From assembly GCF_037042905.1 (NCBI RefSeq), contig NC_087252.1, positions 14,200,001 to 14,264,000 on the forward strand: DNA of 64,000 nucleotides, given 5' to 3'. The notes under the pieces were generated by a model. That model was not told the DNA's origin. It was given only the letters and a program-made list of their open reading frames with translations, and did not search any database. The stretch is from Lytechinus pictus (Eukaryota). Every line of letters starts with the position of its first letter. The stretch's first letter is position 1. Of the stretch, positions 24,271 to 38,685 are shown piece by piece. The position numbers and the translations under genes are program-made.

Positions 24271-27200
24271 AATTGTTGAAAGTACACACAGTAACTGACT
24301 TGATTACTCCCCACTGAGTGGAGAATGTCCATGCAATGTATGCAGGCAAAAAAGATATAATCAGATGACAGGGATGATGATAATCTGTGAAAGTTCAGAT
24401 GCTACATGTATATCTGCCATACCTGATGAATAATGGAATGATTATTAGTACCGGTAGAGGATCTGACATCTTCTGGATTGGTTCTTAGAGATTTTTCAGA
24501 CCAGAAGCAGTGTACATGGTGTAGACTCACCTCAAAGTCTTGATTTGCAATTGGACAGTATACATTATTTCATGTGATTCATTCATTTGGATGGATGAAT
24601 TATTCTTCTTTAATATGTTATGCTGGTTTATGATGCAGACTTCTGTCACTGGCTGTGTTTGTGGTGATTTTTAGGGCCAGGACCAGCAAAGACTCACTTT
24701 AAACCTTGGCTGGCGGTTGGAAACATGCAGTACTCCATGTGATTTATTAATTCTAGGATCCTTTTGTCTTTTTCTGATCCTTTCAGTTGGCATGCAGGTT
24801 TTATGTCACTTAAAGACCTTTTGGATGAGTGGATTTCATTAATTGACATTGCAAGAAGACATTCAGGTTTGATACGGTTCTTCTGTCACACATGTAACTT
24901 AGTAAACCAAAATAAATCTTCAAATTGAGAAAGAAAACAAAGCAATTGTTGAAAAAGTTGGCTTCCTCAAAAAATGTGACAGTGGTGACATTGAATTTAT
25001 TTCTCCAGCCATTTGTATCGTCATCAATTATTACAAATGTACTAGCAGCAATTATCAGCAGCTAAGTTTATCGTCAGTGTTTGAGATTGGATTGAATATT
25101 CAAAGTCTCCTGTTACATCAATAGGAAATCGTTTTTAAGTGCTTTTAAGAAGGGTGAGTTTTTATGATTATATGGAACAGGAAAAATACTTATTTTTGTC
25201 TGTTTTTAGGGATTACTTTTCACAACCTAATGCCAGCCTAAATTCACAACATTTGATATAAGATTTCGCATTGCAATGAAAGAGGATTTTCTTGGGCTTG
25301 TTTTTTTAATCTTTCAGGGCTGTTTTGAGCATTTTGGGTGCAAAATTGCCCCAGCCCCTTTGTAATTTTTTTCCTGATACGGAATGTAGCTTCAACGTGT
25401 GCATATCTACATGTAGATGTCTATATTTTCTCTTTCAAGCTTCTCCATTGGTAAAAGAAAGCATAAAAGTGTTATCAGTAAAGCATGTTTTACATACCCA
25501 CAAGTGAAAACGTGATAAAAATGTATTTTAGGTGCAAAGGATGCACGTCTGTTGGAGAACCATGTACAAAAAAAATATTGAACTTTTGTTGGCTAATCAA
25601 GCTTATTTCACTTACAATTTCAATGTATTTCCTGATGAATTTTAATTTTCAGGATTTGTTAATATGAAACTGACCAACGTAATGATTGCTACACATTCAT
25701 GTATTTTTTTTTCAGATATTAATGGGTAGCATATGGAATGGCTGTTTATAAAGAACACTGCTTAATATCACCTTTCATACAAAAATGAACCTCATTTTGA
25801 GTACTTACCCATTATACTCCCTTATAATAGGAAAATTTAAATGCATCAACATTCCAATTCTCTCAACTATATCATGACCCTTTTTATTGATGAGGAAATA
25901 GAAAGAACTAACCCCCTGAATTAGAACAATCAAACAATATTGAGTCATGGTTGTATGATATTGCATGAAGGCTCGGAGAGGGATAGTTTGTTATATCGGT
26001 CAATCCGGAAAATGAGTCGCTGTGCCAGGATTATCTTGACACAGCTGCGAACAAGGTTATACTTTGATTTTGCTTTGTGAAGGGGGATTTTGATAGCTAT
26101 TGTTTCGATGTCGCACTACTGTGAGGCTGAATGGTCCGTAGATGCATGGAGAGGGGGCAGGCTGAGTTTTTGTGATATACATATACTACAGCCTTTTTTT
26201 AAACAGCAATTGCGTTCAGGATATAAAGTGCTTTCAACCTATCGTTTTGCTTTCAACCTATTATTGTGGACTTTTGTTTATGAAAAGTTGTATTAAACTT
26301 GTGTGGGATTTATTCTTTCTGCAGTAAGTATTACAACATACTACAGCGCTTATGCATTAATATAAATATTCATAAACTTTGTGTAAACAAAATTGTGAAT
26401 ATTTTCTGTGACATGGTTGAACATGAATTTTTATTTTCCATAATGTAGCTCACAACAGTACATCATTTCATAAACATTTGCATATTGTGTAAACTTGTTT
26501 TTGGATTATTTCTTGTATCTGTACACTGTTAAATATGTGGATTTTTCATAAATTTGCAAATATGCAGCTCACAATGAAGTGCACATCTGTTTGTAAACAC
26601 TCTCATAATTTATCAGCTTAATGCAAATATCATTTCCTTGACTGCTCACTTTTGAATATGTTTATATTCATTTACCATTATTTACATGAAGCATACAATG
26701 CTATAAAAACAGTTCCATACTACAGAATTTTTACTATTTGTTTTTTTTTATATTGTTTTGCAATTATACATGTAGATATATCATAGCACTCAATAAACGA
26801 GTGGCGCATGTGTAGCAAAATAGTCTTTGAAAGATGAACCAATGACTTATAAACTTTGCTGTCAATGTATATTCTCTTGTCTTTTTCAAATTGTTATCGA
26901 CGCCTGCATTTTTGCTTGCTTTCCATCCATTCTTGCCGCATGTTACGCGCACCTTGTATCATTGTATTGTTATGTGTAGTGTACAACCCCTTCCCACCCC
27001 CCACCCCCATACACCACATTCAATCCTCTGCATCCGTACAATAAAGCTGTACATAGTAAAAAGAAAACAAAGTGAATGGGCCCCCTTAGGTTAGATTTTT
27101 ATGCTGCAGTTTTTTTCTTTCATTCACCTCTCCCTCCTTTTTGAAAGGATGGAACACAATGTATTACATTTAATGTTTATAAACTTTGGTTCAGCAAACT

Positions 27201-28785
27201 AACATTTGTATTTAATTAAAAGCTCATTAAATTTATTTCATCTTCATAATTTTATTTCTTACCCCTCACCCCCAAAACCAACAATAAGTCATCCAAATGA
27301 ATTTGGAGAATTTGCTTTAGGTTAAAACGAATATCCTTAAAGCTTTAAATGATGTATATAAGTACCTTGTCAAAATAGATCAACACTTGTTTGAATGTAG
27401 AAAGGATTCAGTGAAAGCTTGAAGAATATTAAGGAGAAATCAAGGTTTGAATCTTGGGGTTTGCTCAATCATGAGATTTGCACACTGTGCAATCTCTGTA
27501 AAACTTCCAAGTAGTCCGCATGAACTGGTGTCAAAGACAATATTGTTTCTTGAATTTATTCAACAACTTCAAATTATATCAGACTGAAGAAAAACATTAT
27601 TCTTTCACCTATCAAATTCTGATCTTTACTTTTTGAAGACCAAATACTGCTTGGCTCTTAACAGAGAACCTTCCTGCCTGGGACTTTATTGTTGGTTTTA
27701 GGGTGGCTGACTGCACTTACATTATTGAATAAGTTTTGTATGCTTATTTATGTTTTTGATTTATATTCAATTGAAGTCTACCTTATTAGCTTAATTGATT
27801 GCTGATAATAGGATAATTTCGATGAAAATTAATAAGCTGTGTTTGGTTTGAAAGTCTAGTTCATAAATTGCACATTTTGTTTATGAATGGAGTGCGTGCA
27901 GATTCAAATGTTGCTTTAATAAATTCATGCTCCTTTGTAGTACATATATGTATAATCCACCAAACGTGATGTTGCGATTAGCATTCTAATTTTCTTTATT
28001 TCAATTTTTGTGAATACATGATATATACAGTGCTTTTAGTTACATGTATGTGTATAGGATGCAAAATTGTTTCTATATTTTTGTTTACTACTTTTGGTTG
28101 CAATTTCACATTACAATCAATGGTACTTTTATGAAAATTGATCCGTTGCAGCTTCCACTCAAAAAAAGCATTATTAGAAACACAAGTTTATTATAGTACC
28201 TAGTTTCTTGAAACAAATTTCTTATGATTCATATCTTAATACTTCTAATGTGTACGACTACTATGTGTCCCAATTTGAGTTGACTTAAATGTTATGGCTA
28301 TGTTTTTGGTGAACGAATATTGCTATCAATTTAAAGAGCCGAAGCAGATTCATATTGATCTTAAAAATCAGTCGTAACTTTACAACCAGCTTTGTGAAAC
28401 CCGTCTTCGTTTTTCATTGAGTACGTTTGGCTATCGGGGATATGACAGGGGCGCATGCACAAAATGTGATTGTGAGGTTGCGACTAAATTTGGACCGGTC
28501 TCTCAATGACTAAGCCATGTTTAAGGCCACATCCTGTCTGTGTGTGTAGACTGTGTTCAAGCAAACTTTTTTTCTTCTCATCCAACGACCACGTTTGAAA
28601 GACATTATTATACATAAATTTAGTTAAATACAAATTTTTGCATTCCAGCTATTTGTCATCAGTCCTAAAAGCAAACTACTTTCAAATCACAACCAAACAG
28701 AAATGTGATTTTTTTTTTACATGATCGTGCAAAATCAAGGCTCCAATTAATTAACCAAGTCAACCCAAATTTGTTATTGTAACAA

Positions 28786-29010
28786 CCGGGCATGGTGGCT
28801 CAGTGGTAGAGCGTCCGCCTCCTAAACGGGAGGTCGTAGGTTCGATCCCGGCAGAGTCACACCAAAGACTTATAAAAATGGGACTTTCTGCCTTTTTTGC
28901 TTGGCATTCAGCATGTACATGTGGATTGAAGAAGGGTAATATTATTTTATGCAGGGCTCACTTCTAGAGCAGTCTCCCAACTGAAGTGGCAACCCTGAGT
29001 ATAAAATAAA
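28786..29010 (+). mobile_element. tRNA-derived SINE with a tRNA-Arg(CCT)-like head
   Basis: TGGCTCAGTGGTAGAGCG A box, CTCCTAA loop, GGTTCGATCCC B box. Continues as non-tRNA body (CACCAAAGACTTATAAAAATGG) with an AT-rich tail. The acceptor stem does not pair. Confidence 0.8.
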
Positions 29011-29584
29011 ACATTATCATTATTCTAATAATTTGTACATGTACATGTATGAAACCGGGGCCTGGTTTTGATGAATAGTTGCCTTAGAAATTTGTGATTG
29101 ATGAAATTAGGTTCTTTTTTTCTTTCCTGGGAAATGTATTGGGAACTGTTATAGAAAAGTTTCTATTATGGTGTTAAATATTGCCATTTAATGGTAATTA
29201 CCGTGCCAACAATGGTCAACATCCAATCAAAATTGAGTATTTCATTGAACTAGTAACCATAGGATGACAAAATGAATAGTGTAAAAATAAATTTTTTAAT
29301 GCGATGGGGCCTTTGTGTTTAAATAGAAATAGAGAACACCTTTTTTATACAAGAATGAGATATGTCCATCAAACTTTCCAAACTTTTTTCTTTTTATAGG
29401 TTTCCTTTTTTTCTTCCGTTGTCATGAAGCGGCTGTAGGGTCATGAAAAGTTCAGGTCGCAGGAGCATTACAGACATGCATGTCGCGTCAGTAACCTCAA
29501 TTAAACCAATAAATCAATCAAGTTTCTTTGGTTTTCCTCATTCTAACCTCAACATCCTGCCCCTTTTTGTTTCCATGACAACAG

Positions 29585-29707
29585 CTTGACAACCATGGCA
29601 ACCACGTTGTAGCTAGCGAGGAGTCGGCAATCAACATCCCAGCCGTGGCGGCCGCTCACGTGATCAAGAGGTACGCCGCGCAGGCACCAGACGAGATCTC
29701 ATTAGAG
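29585..29707 (+). CDS. ARHGAP32: ARHGAP32/33-like exon, PX-SH3 linker and SH3 start (LDNHGNHVVASEESAINIPAVAAAHVIKRYAAQAPDEISLE)
   Basis: acaacag| ... GAG|gtaagc. AAHVIKRYxAQAPDE SH3 motif. 123 nt, phase 0-0. Confidence 0.94.
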
Positions 29708-30296
29708 GTAAGCGCCGGATGGTAGAATGACTAAGACGACCACGTCAGCGATCATATCACTTATAGAAATACTTCACCTAAATGTCATTACCTTTTCCTT
29801 TAATTCAAACCTTTAATGTCTTGTGTATGTACCCTTCTCAAGATGACGTGTGTTGGGTATAACCTTGCTATGTGTTCAATTCTCAAATGGCAATATCATC
29901 ATTTCTCAAAATTCCAGTTTATTTTTAGGGGGTTTACTGCATGTGTCATGTGTATTGGTATTCCTAAGAAAAGAGCGTTCATCTGACAGAATGCCATGCT
30001 TATTTTGCTTTTTATAGGCCTATAACATATTTTATATCAGACTCTTTAAATACTTTGATGATATTTCGTTAAATTCTGTTCATGCCCGCCCACCACCCCA
30101 CCATCACACCTTCCTACAGTATGTAGCACTGCGGCTGGGTATATTGGCAATGAATTATCACAAAGTTAATATTGATTAGTCCCTTTAATATCAAAGCAAC
30201 AGTCATAGAAAAAAAAGGCTCCAAGGTCTTGAGACAGGTGAAGAACTGAAATTCCTAGGTTTTTATAGCAACGCAATGTATCTTGGCTCTCATTAA

Positions 30297-30879
30297 AGGA
30301 GAATGAAACTCTTGGAGCAAGTTAGCTTATGTGAAAGCAGAAAAATCAAAGAATAAGATCAACAAAACTTTGAGTAAAATAGGACTAGCAATAAAAGAGT
30401 TATGAGCATTTGAATGTCGAGATCACTAATGCTATGGAGATCCTCCTATTGGCAATGCGACCAAGATCTGTGATGTCACACACGTACAACTCTCCCATTT
30501 GGACACTGAAAATATACCCCAAAATATCTCTTTTTGCTCATTCTAATCATATGACAAACGATTCATCAATGATATAATGTTGTGAAACCTCTGTACTTGT
30601 CATCTTATAAAGAGAACACCTCACCTTGTGATAGACTCTATAAAAGTGAGAATATAAGTGAAATAAGTACTAAAGTAATGAGGGAGTTGTACGTGTGTGA
30701 TATCACAGATCTTGGTCGCATTGCCGATGGGAGGATCTACATGGCACTAGTGATCTCAATATTCAAATGCTCATAACTTTCTTATTATTCATTCAATCTT
30801 CCTCAAACTTTCAACAATATGTTTCTTTGATTTTTCTCTTTGATATGGATTCAGCTGGTTTCAAGGGTTTCATTCTCCT
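30297..30879. mobile_element. TTAA-flanked MITE (Kolobok-like)
   Basis: TTAA|AGGAGAATGAAAC ... GTTTCATTCTCCT|TTAA, with ~200-bp imperfect inverted arms. Confidence 0.88.
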
Positions 30880-32651
30880 TTAATGTATTGTATGCGCAGC
30901 ACTCCTACACGAACATTAGTCACTCCGGCAGGAGCGAAGGACTCGGCGATGGATTTCGCCACCTCTGTGCTTCGGTCACGTTTTACAAGAGTGGAGCTAT
31001 AGCTATTTCGTTCCATTATCAAATTACTGAATGCATCGGCTGTGCTTAAAAGATGTGCATCATGTACATTTCCGAGTTGTATGTGGAGCTTACTTGAATG
31101 TTCACATTTGTATCATGTGGAAAAGTCTCGGATCTATGTTTTGGAGATTAAGTGTGCAAAAGGAATACCGTGGACAACTCATTATTTTGATGACAATAAT
31201 TGTACCTTGGATTTGATCTCTGTAGAGTAAGTAAATACAAAGTGATGGTGCATGTACATGTATGCTTATCAGGAAATACCCAGTAAAATTAAAACCTGTC
31301 CTCTATCCCTTGTTATTACAATGTTTGTTTTTTGTTTCATTCATTTCCTGTTTGTATATACTGTGGAGTGAATTATACAGGGATTCATGGTGCTTATTAA
31401 ATGAATTATTTTTTTTTATTTTTTATTCATATTCTCACTTTCTTTCCGCAATCAAATGTATACATATATCTGCAAACTAGTGACCTTATTAATTTTTGTA
31501 CAGTAATATATAACTGAAGTGTATAGATGAAATCTCACCCCCCCCCCTGTGCTGTCTCTATATTTCTCTTTCTTTCTCTCTCTCTTTCTCTCTTATTTAC
31601 TCTCCTTGTGTATGACTCCATCTTGTCTACTCTTTCTGCTTATTGAAAAAAAATGTTTCAATTTTTTCATTATGATTAAATATTAATGCAGTTGTGGTTT
31701 CTATACATCAGTACCAATTACTTTATCTTCATGTTTATGTACGTTGGACTGTGTACGTCAATAGAAGTGCACTTGGATATATTCTAGTCAGTATGAGTAA
31801 TACATCAGTTCTTGACTAATGGAGTGTAAAATCATATGAATCATCCGCCCAACCACTATACTGGTTGATCACCAAACGGGCAACACCTCATTGCAAAATA
31901 GAATTAAGAAAAAACTCTTTTCTGCATACCACAATTGAAATTATCTATCAAGGAAGGAAGACGTATAGTATACTGCTGTTGGATGTTGAATATTTGAAGC
32001 AAATGGTAGGAATTTTGAATTGAGCCAGGATGAATGAATATTAAATTTGTCATTTTATACAAACTCTAATACTTCTATTGAATCTTCATGCAAGGGGAAA
32101 TCTAGATTGCAGTGCAATGTATAATGTATGGTTGTTTGTGTATACTGAAGGGTGTACTTTTCATTCTATTGTTGTAACACATTTTGTATTGCAAACAATA
32201 TTAATTGATTTTTTTATCTTTTTGTCTTTATTCTTTTTTCTTTATTTTATTAATTCATTTAATTATTTTTTTTCATTATTTTTTTCATTTATTTATTTTA
32301 TTCATTTATTTATTATTATTATTATTATTTTTTTTTTTTTTGGGGGGGTTAAAGTTGGGTTTGTCCATGTGTATTTTGGGCTGGTTACATTTCAATTGCA
32401 TAAGTGATCTACTGTGATATATTTATTTTGTTTTTGAGAACTCTATATTACTTTAGAACCTGTACACTATAGTTTAACCATCTGAATATAGAAGTGTTTT
32501 TCCTGTATCTGTTCCTTGATTATTAAACCCATTTAGCTTTGTTAGTTAATAATTTTTCTTTCGTTCATAACGTCACAGAAATAGAAAGAATCATTGATGA
32601 AGAAAAAAAATTCTAATTAAATTCTTAATTTTCATGTTTTTTTTTCATCAG

Positions 32652-32820
32652 GTGGGAGACATGATCTCGGTGATTGACATGCCTCCGCCCGAGGACACGT
32701 CTTGGTGGCGCGGCAAGAATAAATTTGACGTGGGCTTCTTTCCCCGGCAATGCGTTGAGATCATCAGTGAAAAACTACCACAGGCTGTCGCTGAGAGGGT
32801 ACCTAAAGGCCCCAAACCAG
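32652..32820 (+). CDS. ARHGAP32: ARHGAP32/33-like exon, SH3 domain (VGDMISVIDMPPPEDTSWWRGKNKFDVGFFPRQCVEII...)
   Basis: tttcatcag| ... CCAG|gtattg. SH3 WWRG and GFFP motifs. Phase 0 to 1. Confidence 0.95.
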
Positions 32821-35800
32821 GTATTGAACTATCCTCTTGTTACTTTTGGAATACTAATTAAATATATGATTTTTCTTTGGAAAGCTCACCACAATTAAGA
32901 ATTCAAATATCATCTTTCCCTTTTAAAAGTTTGGAGTATTCTAAAAAATGATTTTGAAGCCCAGCTCACTGCATTTTTATTTAAAAAAATATTTCACAAT
33001 AGAAATTAGAATAAAGCTCTTGGTAATTATCTGAACCAAAACATTTTCAAATAGCTATATTTATGTCATAATTGTGGATTACTTGGAAGTGAAGTGCTCT
33101 GAAATTTTTTGGGGTAAGGCCAACATTTAGAAGCTGCAAAGTGACACAATTTTGGAAGTCATTGCTTTGCGTTTGTCGATGAGAGAGTTTCCCAAAAGGT
33201 CTCTTGTTTTTATGTTCAAAATGATACTTTGTAATCAGACTTTTTTTAAACTCCGATCATAACATATATCGTTCCAATGATATGTGATACTACAGCTTGC
33301 ACTATTTCTAGAGGTCATTCATTCATTGAAATATCCCATTCAGATTATACACGTCATCAATGTACCTCACATTTTGTTTCACTTCCGATTTTATTTAGCT
33401 GAACTTTCAACCAACCACACTCTAGGCTTATTGGCTGTGAATTAGAGAATGAGCCCTTGAAATATGCTGCCATATTGAATGAAATAATAAAAACCACCAC
33501 CAAACTTATGTTTCATTTTTAATAGAAAAAGAAAACATTTAACTGAAGAAAATCGCATGTTAAGCTCATATCATGATCACTCAGAACTTCCGACGAGTAT
33601 GAGAGGAGCAGTCAGTTGTTTTTACTGACTTCTGTTATAAGCTACTGAAATATGTGTATCTGATTGGCTGAGAGCAAATTAATCATTCAAAATCACTGAA
33701 AAAGCTCTTCATGAAAAACTCCCCTCATCAATGCTTTGCAACATATAACAAGCATGAAAATCTTGATTTCAATTTCATTTTTGTTTAACAGACAGATATA
33801 TTTTGAATGATTTTTTAATTCGGATGTTCTGGTTATAAAACATGTAATGTTATCTACAAGATTCATTGTGAATTACATGTATGTACTACGTGCACAGGGA
33901 ATAATTTTACTTCTCAAAATAATTGCTTTAGAAGCATTTTTTTGTAGTTGTGAGAGAAAAGCTTTCAACTTTGTTATGTACATTCCTATGTTTAACAAAA
34001 ATTACTGTTTACCCAGAATTTATTTTGTGTATCAGTCATAAGAAATCTGAATCAATTTGTGATGTGATACCAGGAAAATTATTCCCTGATGCTTTTCAAA
34101 ATGAAAATTTAAGATTAAAATTTCAATAGATGTTCTGCTTTTTTTAATCTACAGATGTTACATTATCAAAGTTGATTTTGTTTTTAATACTTACAGCTTT
34201 TAGTTTTACTAACAATGAAATGTTTGCTAAAAAACCTGTTTTTTCCTTTATGTAATTTAGTTTCACACAAAAATCCAACTAGTTTTTTTTCTACTTGTTT
34301 AGCTTTATGTGTTCAAGTTATAGAATTAATCTTTGTTGATTACACACCCCACCCCTCTCCCCCCTCTGGTTACCCCCCTCATGTTTAGAAAAAGGTTCCC
34401 TTCACCCTTCTCCGCTCTTGTCTCTCTCTATCTCATTCTCCTTTCCTTTCTTTATTTTCATATCTTTCTCTCTTTTTCCCCTTTTCTTCTCTGTCCTTGT
34501 CTTTCTCCTTATCTAGGCCCCTCTCCTTTTCTAGGTTGAACTGACAATTGCTTATTGTACTCGTTATGATGTCATTGGAAACATTAACCATTTGTTTCTT
34601 CCCGTCTCTTTCCACCCAAATCTGATTAAACCTTGTTCTATAAATAGAAGTGATGTCATTGGAAGCATCTGGGACATGGTCTCAAACAGGGTCTACCAAC
34701 ACTCAAACTAGCAGTAATAATTCCCGCTTTTTCACCTCTTATCTTTTATACTCCAATGCTTGGATTTTTGTTGTGACTAAATTTATTGCTCTTCATGGCC
34801 TGCATTTTTTACTAATCCATGTGCATTTTCTTTCTGCATGAAATATGGGAGCTCGTAAGATTTTGTTAAAAGTGTTTAATAGATATTTGTTGTATAGCCT
34901 CTGCCGTGGTTAGAAAAATCTTGCTGATTGATCATGTTGGGTGGTTTTATGATTACTTGCATTGATCATTTAGAATCATTTGTAGGATTAATTGCCAAAT
35001 GTGTTTCTGGGCCGAGATTTTAATCATTATTTTTTTGTAAGTTAAAGAATTTGTTGCCATCTATCTCTCAGAGCTTATCTTTCCACCAGCTGTGTAATCT
35101 GTTTTTAAAAAAGTGATCTGTGTTTTGCTAAAGAAATTATTACCCAAATTCTATTATTGAATTGGTAAGCCTTGTTGGTGCGTTGATTTTGTCATTTGTC
35201 ATATGAATATATACTCTTAAAACTTGACAAAACTTGTGCCATTCAAATATTACACTATTTGCAAATTATTTCAGTAGATTTTGCTTTATCATTAAAATCA
35301 ACTAAAACGGTGGCCTTTCAGAAGATTTAAACTCGGACATTTTGTTTACAAAGAAATCAACAAAAATTCTGAATTTAATATTAGAGCATAGCAATGTCTA
35401 CAAAAATAAACAAAAAAATATTGGCATCAGGAGCTCTACATCTAATTGCATGACTTTAAAAAAAATAAAGTTTGCATGTAATTTAATAATGCATTTTTGT
35501 TGCTATATATTTTTGCCTGCGTTTGAAGAGAGCATATCCACCATTTATGCATTATGTTTAAATAGCATTGGTTATCTAATCCTCATGTTTATCTTGATAA
35601 TATTACTTTTCATAAATGGTTTACATGCCCAAACTTAGTTTCATTTGTTCAAATTTGCTGGCCGGGCCAATCTAACACTACACCAGTTCATGTTATACTA
35701 ATGATTCATAAAATTGGTGTTGCTCTAATTTTAGTCTACATACCCTCCCAAGTTTTCAAAACTAAAGTGTGGATTATATGGATCTCATATTAAAGCAGAT

Positions 35801-36238
35801 ACAAAGCAATAACGCCATCTCGAGTCCTCAACTACTCTTACCTGGCAAGTTTCCTGACCCATAATGCTAGTGTAGTCTAGTAATGTACCTACTTGAATGA
35901 TAACATGCTAATTAACTACTTATACCACAATAATTATGTTACCAAGTAGCAAAACAATTACTTTTCCTCTCAAATCATTTGCCTCTCTCTACAAATACAA
36001 TTATAGGTCAATTTATTCTCTGTAGTATTAGTAGATATCTGAAAACGTATATTTCAAGACTACATTTATAACACACAGTCAATGAGAGACCACACACAGC
36101 TCACTCCCCCTTTAAGCATTTTGTCACATGCGAAAAGGAATTTAGTACCAAAAGTTGTGCCATACTTGATGGGAAATTCTTAAACCCTGTATTACGATGG
36201 TCGGGTGGTCGCAAACAAGTAGTTCTCTCTCCACTTAA

Positions 36239-36809
36239 AGGGATGGTCCGGGCTGAAAGTATTTATAGCTTAATAAATAGAGTAGAATTCACTGAGCAAA
36301 ATGCCAAAAATTTCATCAAAATCGGATAACAAATAGCAAAGTTATTGAATTCTAAAATTTAGCAATATTTTGTAAAAACAGTCGTCATGAATATTCATTA
36401 GGTGGGCTGATGATGTCACATCTCCACTTGTTCTTTTGTATTTTATTATATGAAATTAGGTTTATTTAATTTTTTTCCTCCAAGAACTAGAAAATTGGAT
36501 TGACAACTGATTTAGTGCATTAGATATTTATTGCTGCAACTTATTTCATTATAAGGGAGACATATTATTCACACAAGTATGAAATAATGAAAAAAATATG
36601 ATTTTATGTAAAAACATTAGAAAACGGAAAGTGGAGATGTGACATCATCCGCCCACCTAATGAATATTCATGACGACTGTTTTCACAAAATATTGCTAAA
36701 CTTTAAACTTCACTAACTTTATTATTTGTTATCCGATTTTGATGAAATTTTCAGCATTTTGCTCAGTGAATTCTACTCTATGTATTAATATATAAATATT
36801 TTCAGCCCT
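36239..36809. mobile_element. TTAA-flanked MITE (Kolobok-like) with a small deletion in the right TIR
   Basis: TTAA|AGGGATGGTCCGGGCTGAAA ... TTTCAGCCCT|TTAA, with ~190-bp near-perfect inverted arms. Confidence 0.88.
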
Positions 36810-37569
36810 TTAATGTTAGAGATGAAAACATTGATAGCGTGAAACATGTCTCTGCCAGGCTTATATCAACCCCAATTCATATTTTTTAGTTGCTGTTTTG
36901 CTTTTGTTAAAATTCCCTGCTCTTTGTTTTTAACCCCTGCCTACCAACTCATTTGTGTTGCCTCCTCCTCAAAGCAAAACTGACCTCCCCCCCAATAAAA
37001 AATAGGAAATCATCAAAAACATTACTTTTATCATTACAGAGTGTTGTATAAATCTGTCCCCATATGACGTTCAATATATTTTGGGAAATATTTTTCTTTT
37101 GAATACAAATCTAAGTGTTTGTAAATGTTTATTGTTTTATATGCATATTGGTTTTTCTCAGTGTGACATTTGCATTACTCTCGATTGCAGCTGTCAGTGA
37201 AAGAGCTTCCCGAGTTGTCTAATGTTTTTAATTGTTGTGTGTATTTGCTAAATGTTGTATGGATTTGACAAAAGGAAGTTCTTAGTGTTAAAAGTGGCAG
37301 TGTTTTTTTTTAATATACATGTATTTTCTCCATCTTTTATTTTTGAAAGCTGTGATCTTGACATAGGGATTTATAGTTTTGTGGTACTTTAGTGTTTCAG
37401 GTGTAGGACTTTCCTCTTATTCATCTCTCTGAACAGAAATATACATGTATGGCATGTATTGTCCAGGGATGGGGTCCAGACCGGCCTTGAGGCCACATTT
37501 TGCCGGCCTTGGGCCTAAGCCTCGGGTCGTATCCCATGCACAAAGTCTATGGAAGAAGGGTTTTCTCCT

Positions 37570-37738
37570 GGGGGCCGCTTCATAAAGCTATTCGTAAGTT
37601 AAGAGCGACTTTAAGAACGACTGGTGAACCTTTCTTACGTGCCAAACCATTGCCAATGAATATACCATTTACCACAAGAAAGGATCACCCGTCGTTCTTT
37701 AAGTCGCTCTTAACGAACAGCTTTATGAAACACCCACC
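37570..37738. mobile_element. Short MITE
   Basis: TTCATAAAGCTATTCGTAAGTTAAGAGCGACTTTAAGAACGAC versus GTCGTTCTTTAAGTCGCTCTTAACGAACAGCTTTATGAA inverted arms. Confidence 0.8.
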
Positions 37739-38685
37739 GGGTGCCTTGTGACTCGCAACTTCTGACCTGGACTCGATCCCTGGCATTGTCTTGATACTAC
37801 TTCTAATACTTTTCCTCATACATTAAAATATTACTCTTAACTTAATTGGTGTTAATATCCTATGCTGGGAAAGTCTTGCATCATGTTTTGTCTGTGTATG
37901 CAAAGTCTGGAGGGGGCGGAGTCAAATTGATTGATTGCTCCACCCTCAATATTTATTCGATTCAAATTCAAGTCATTCATCCAGTTTAAAGTTTTGAAGA
38001 ACTGTTTTTTTTGTATAACATAAAACTTGCAGCTTGTGCTGTCTTGGTTATGCAAGCTGTATACTTGCGTTAACCCTGGAGCACTATCGATAAGACTCAA
38101 TTTATGAATTGTCAAAGGTCAATATAAACAGGCAAAAGCACTTTCCCAGCATATGGAGTTTATTATTCATGTTTGTTTACTCAGTCTCTCTGTCTGTTTG
38201 TCTGTCTCTCCCATTTGCCATTGTACATGTAATTCTCTACATTTCCATTTTAGTTATCTAAAATTCTATTACTGTTCTAAAGTATTATTGAAAGGGTAAA
38301 TGAGGACTAAAATATTGCATAAAACTTACAAATCATGACTAAACTTTCCTTCCATGTTAAAAAGGATCAACAGCCAATCAAAATAAAGGATTTTAAGTCA
38401 AAGTACTCATTTGTTATATCTAGATATCAGAAGCCTTGTTATTTTGTTTTTGTATTATAACCCTCTCTTTTCTTGTCATTGACCTTTTTCATCTTTTTTC
38501 TTCATTATTTCACTTCTCCCAATTTGTTCCTCCTTCTCCATTAAAAAAAAAAATTATTATAGATTGTTATTACTATTACTAACATTGCCATTGTCATTAT
38601 TTAGCTTTAATGATAATAAGAACATCTATCAGCATTATTCTCCATTATGATTATTAAGACATCAGTGCTTTATATCTCCCCTCTC

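Noticed and set aside
28786..28860. tRNA-Arg gene
   Set aside because: The acceptor stem does not pair and the sequence continues into a SINE body and tail.
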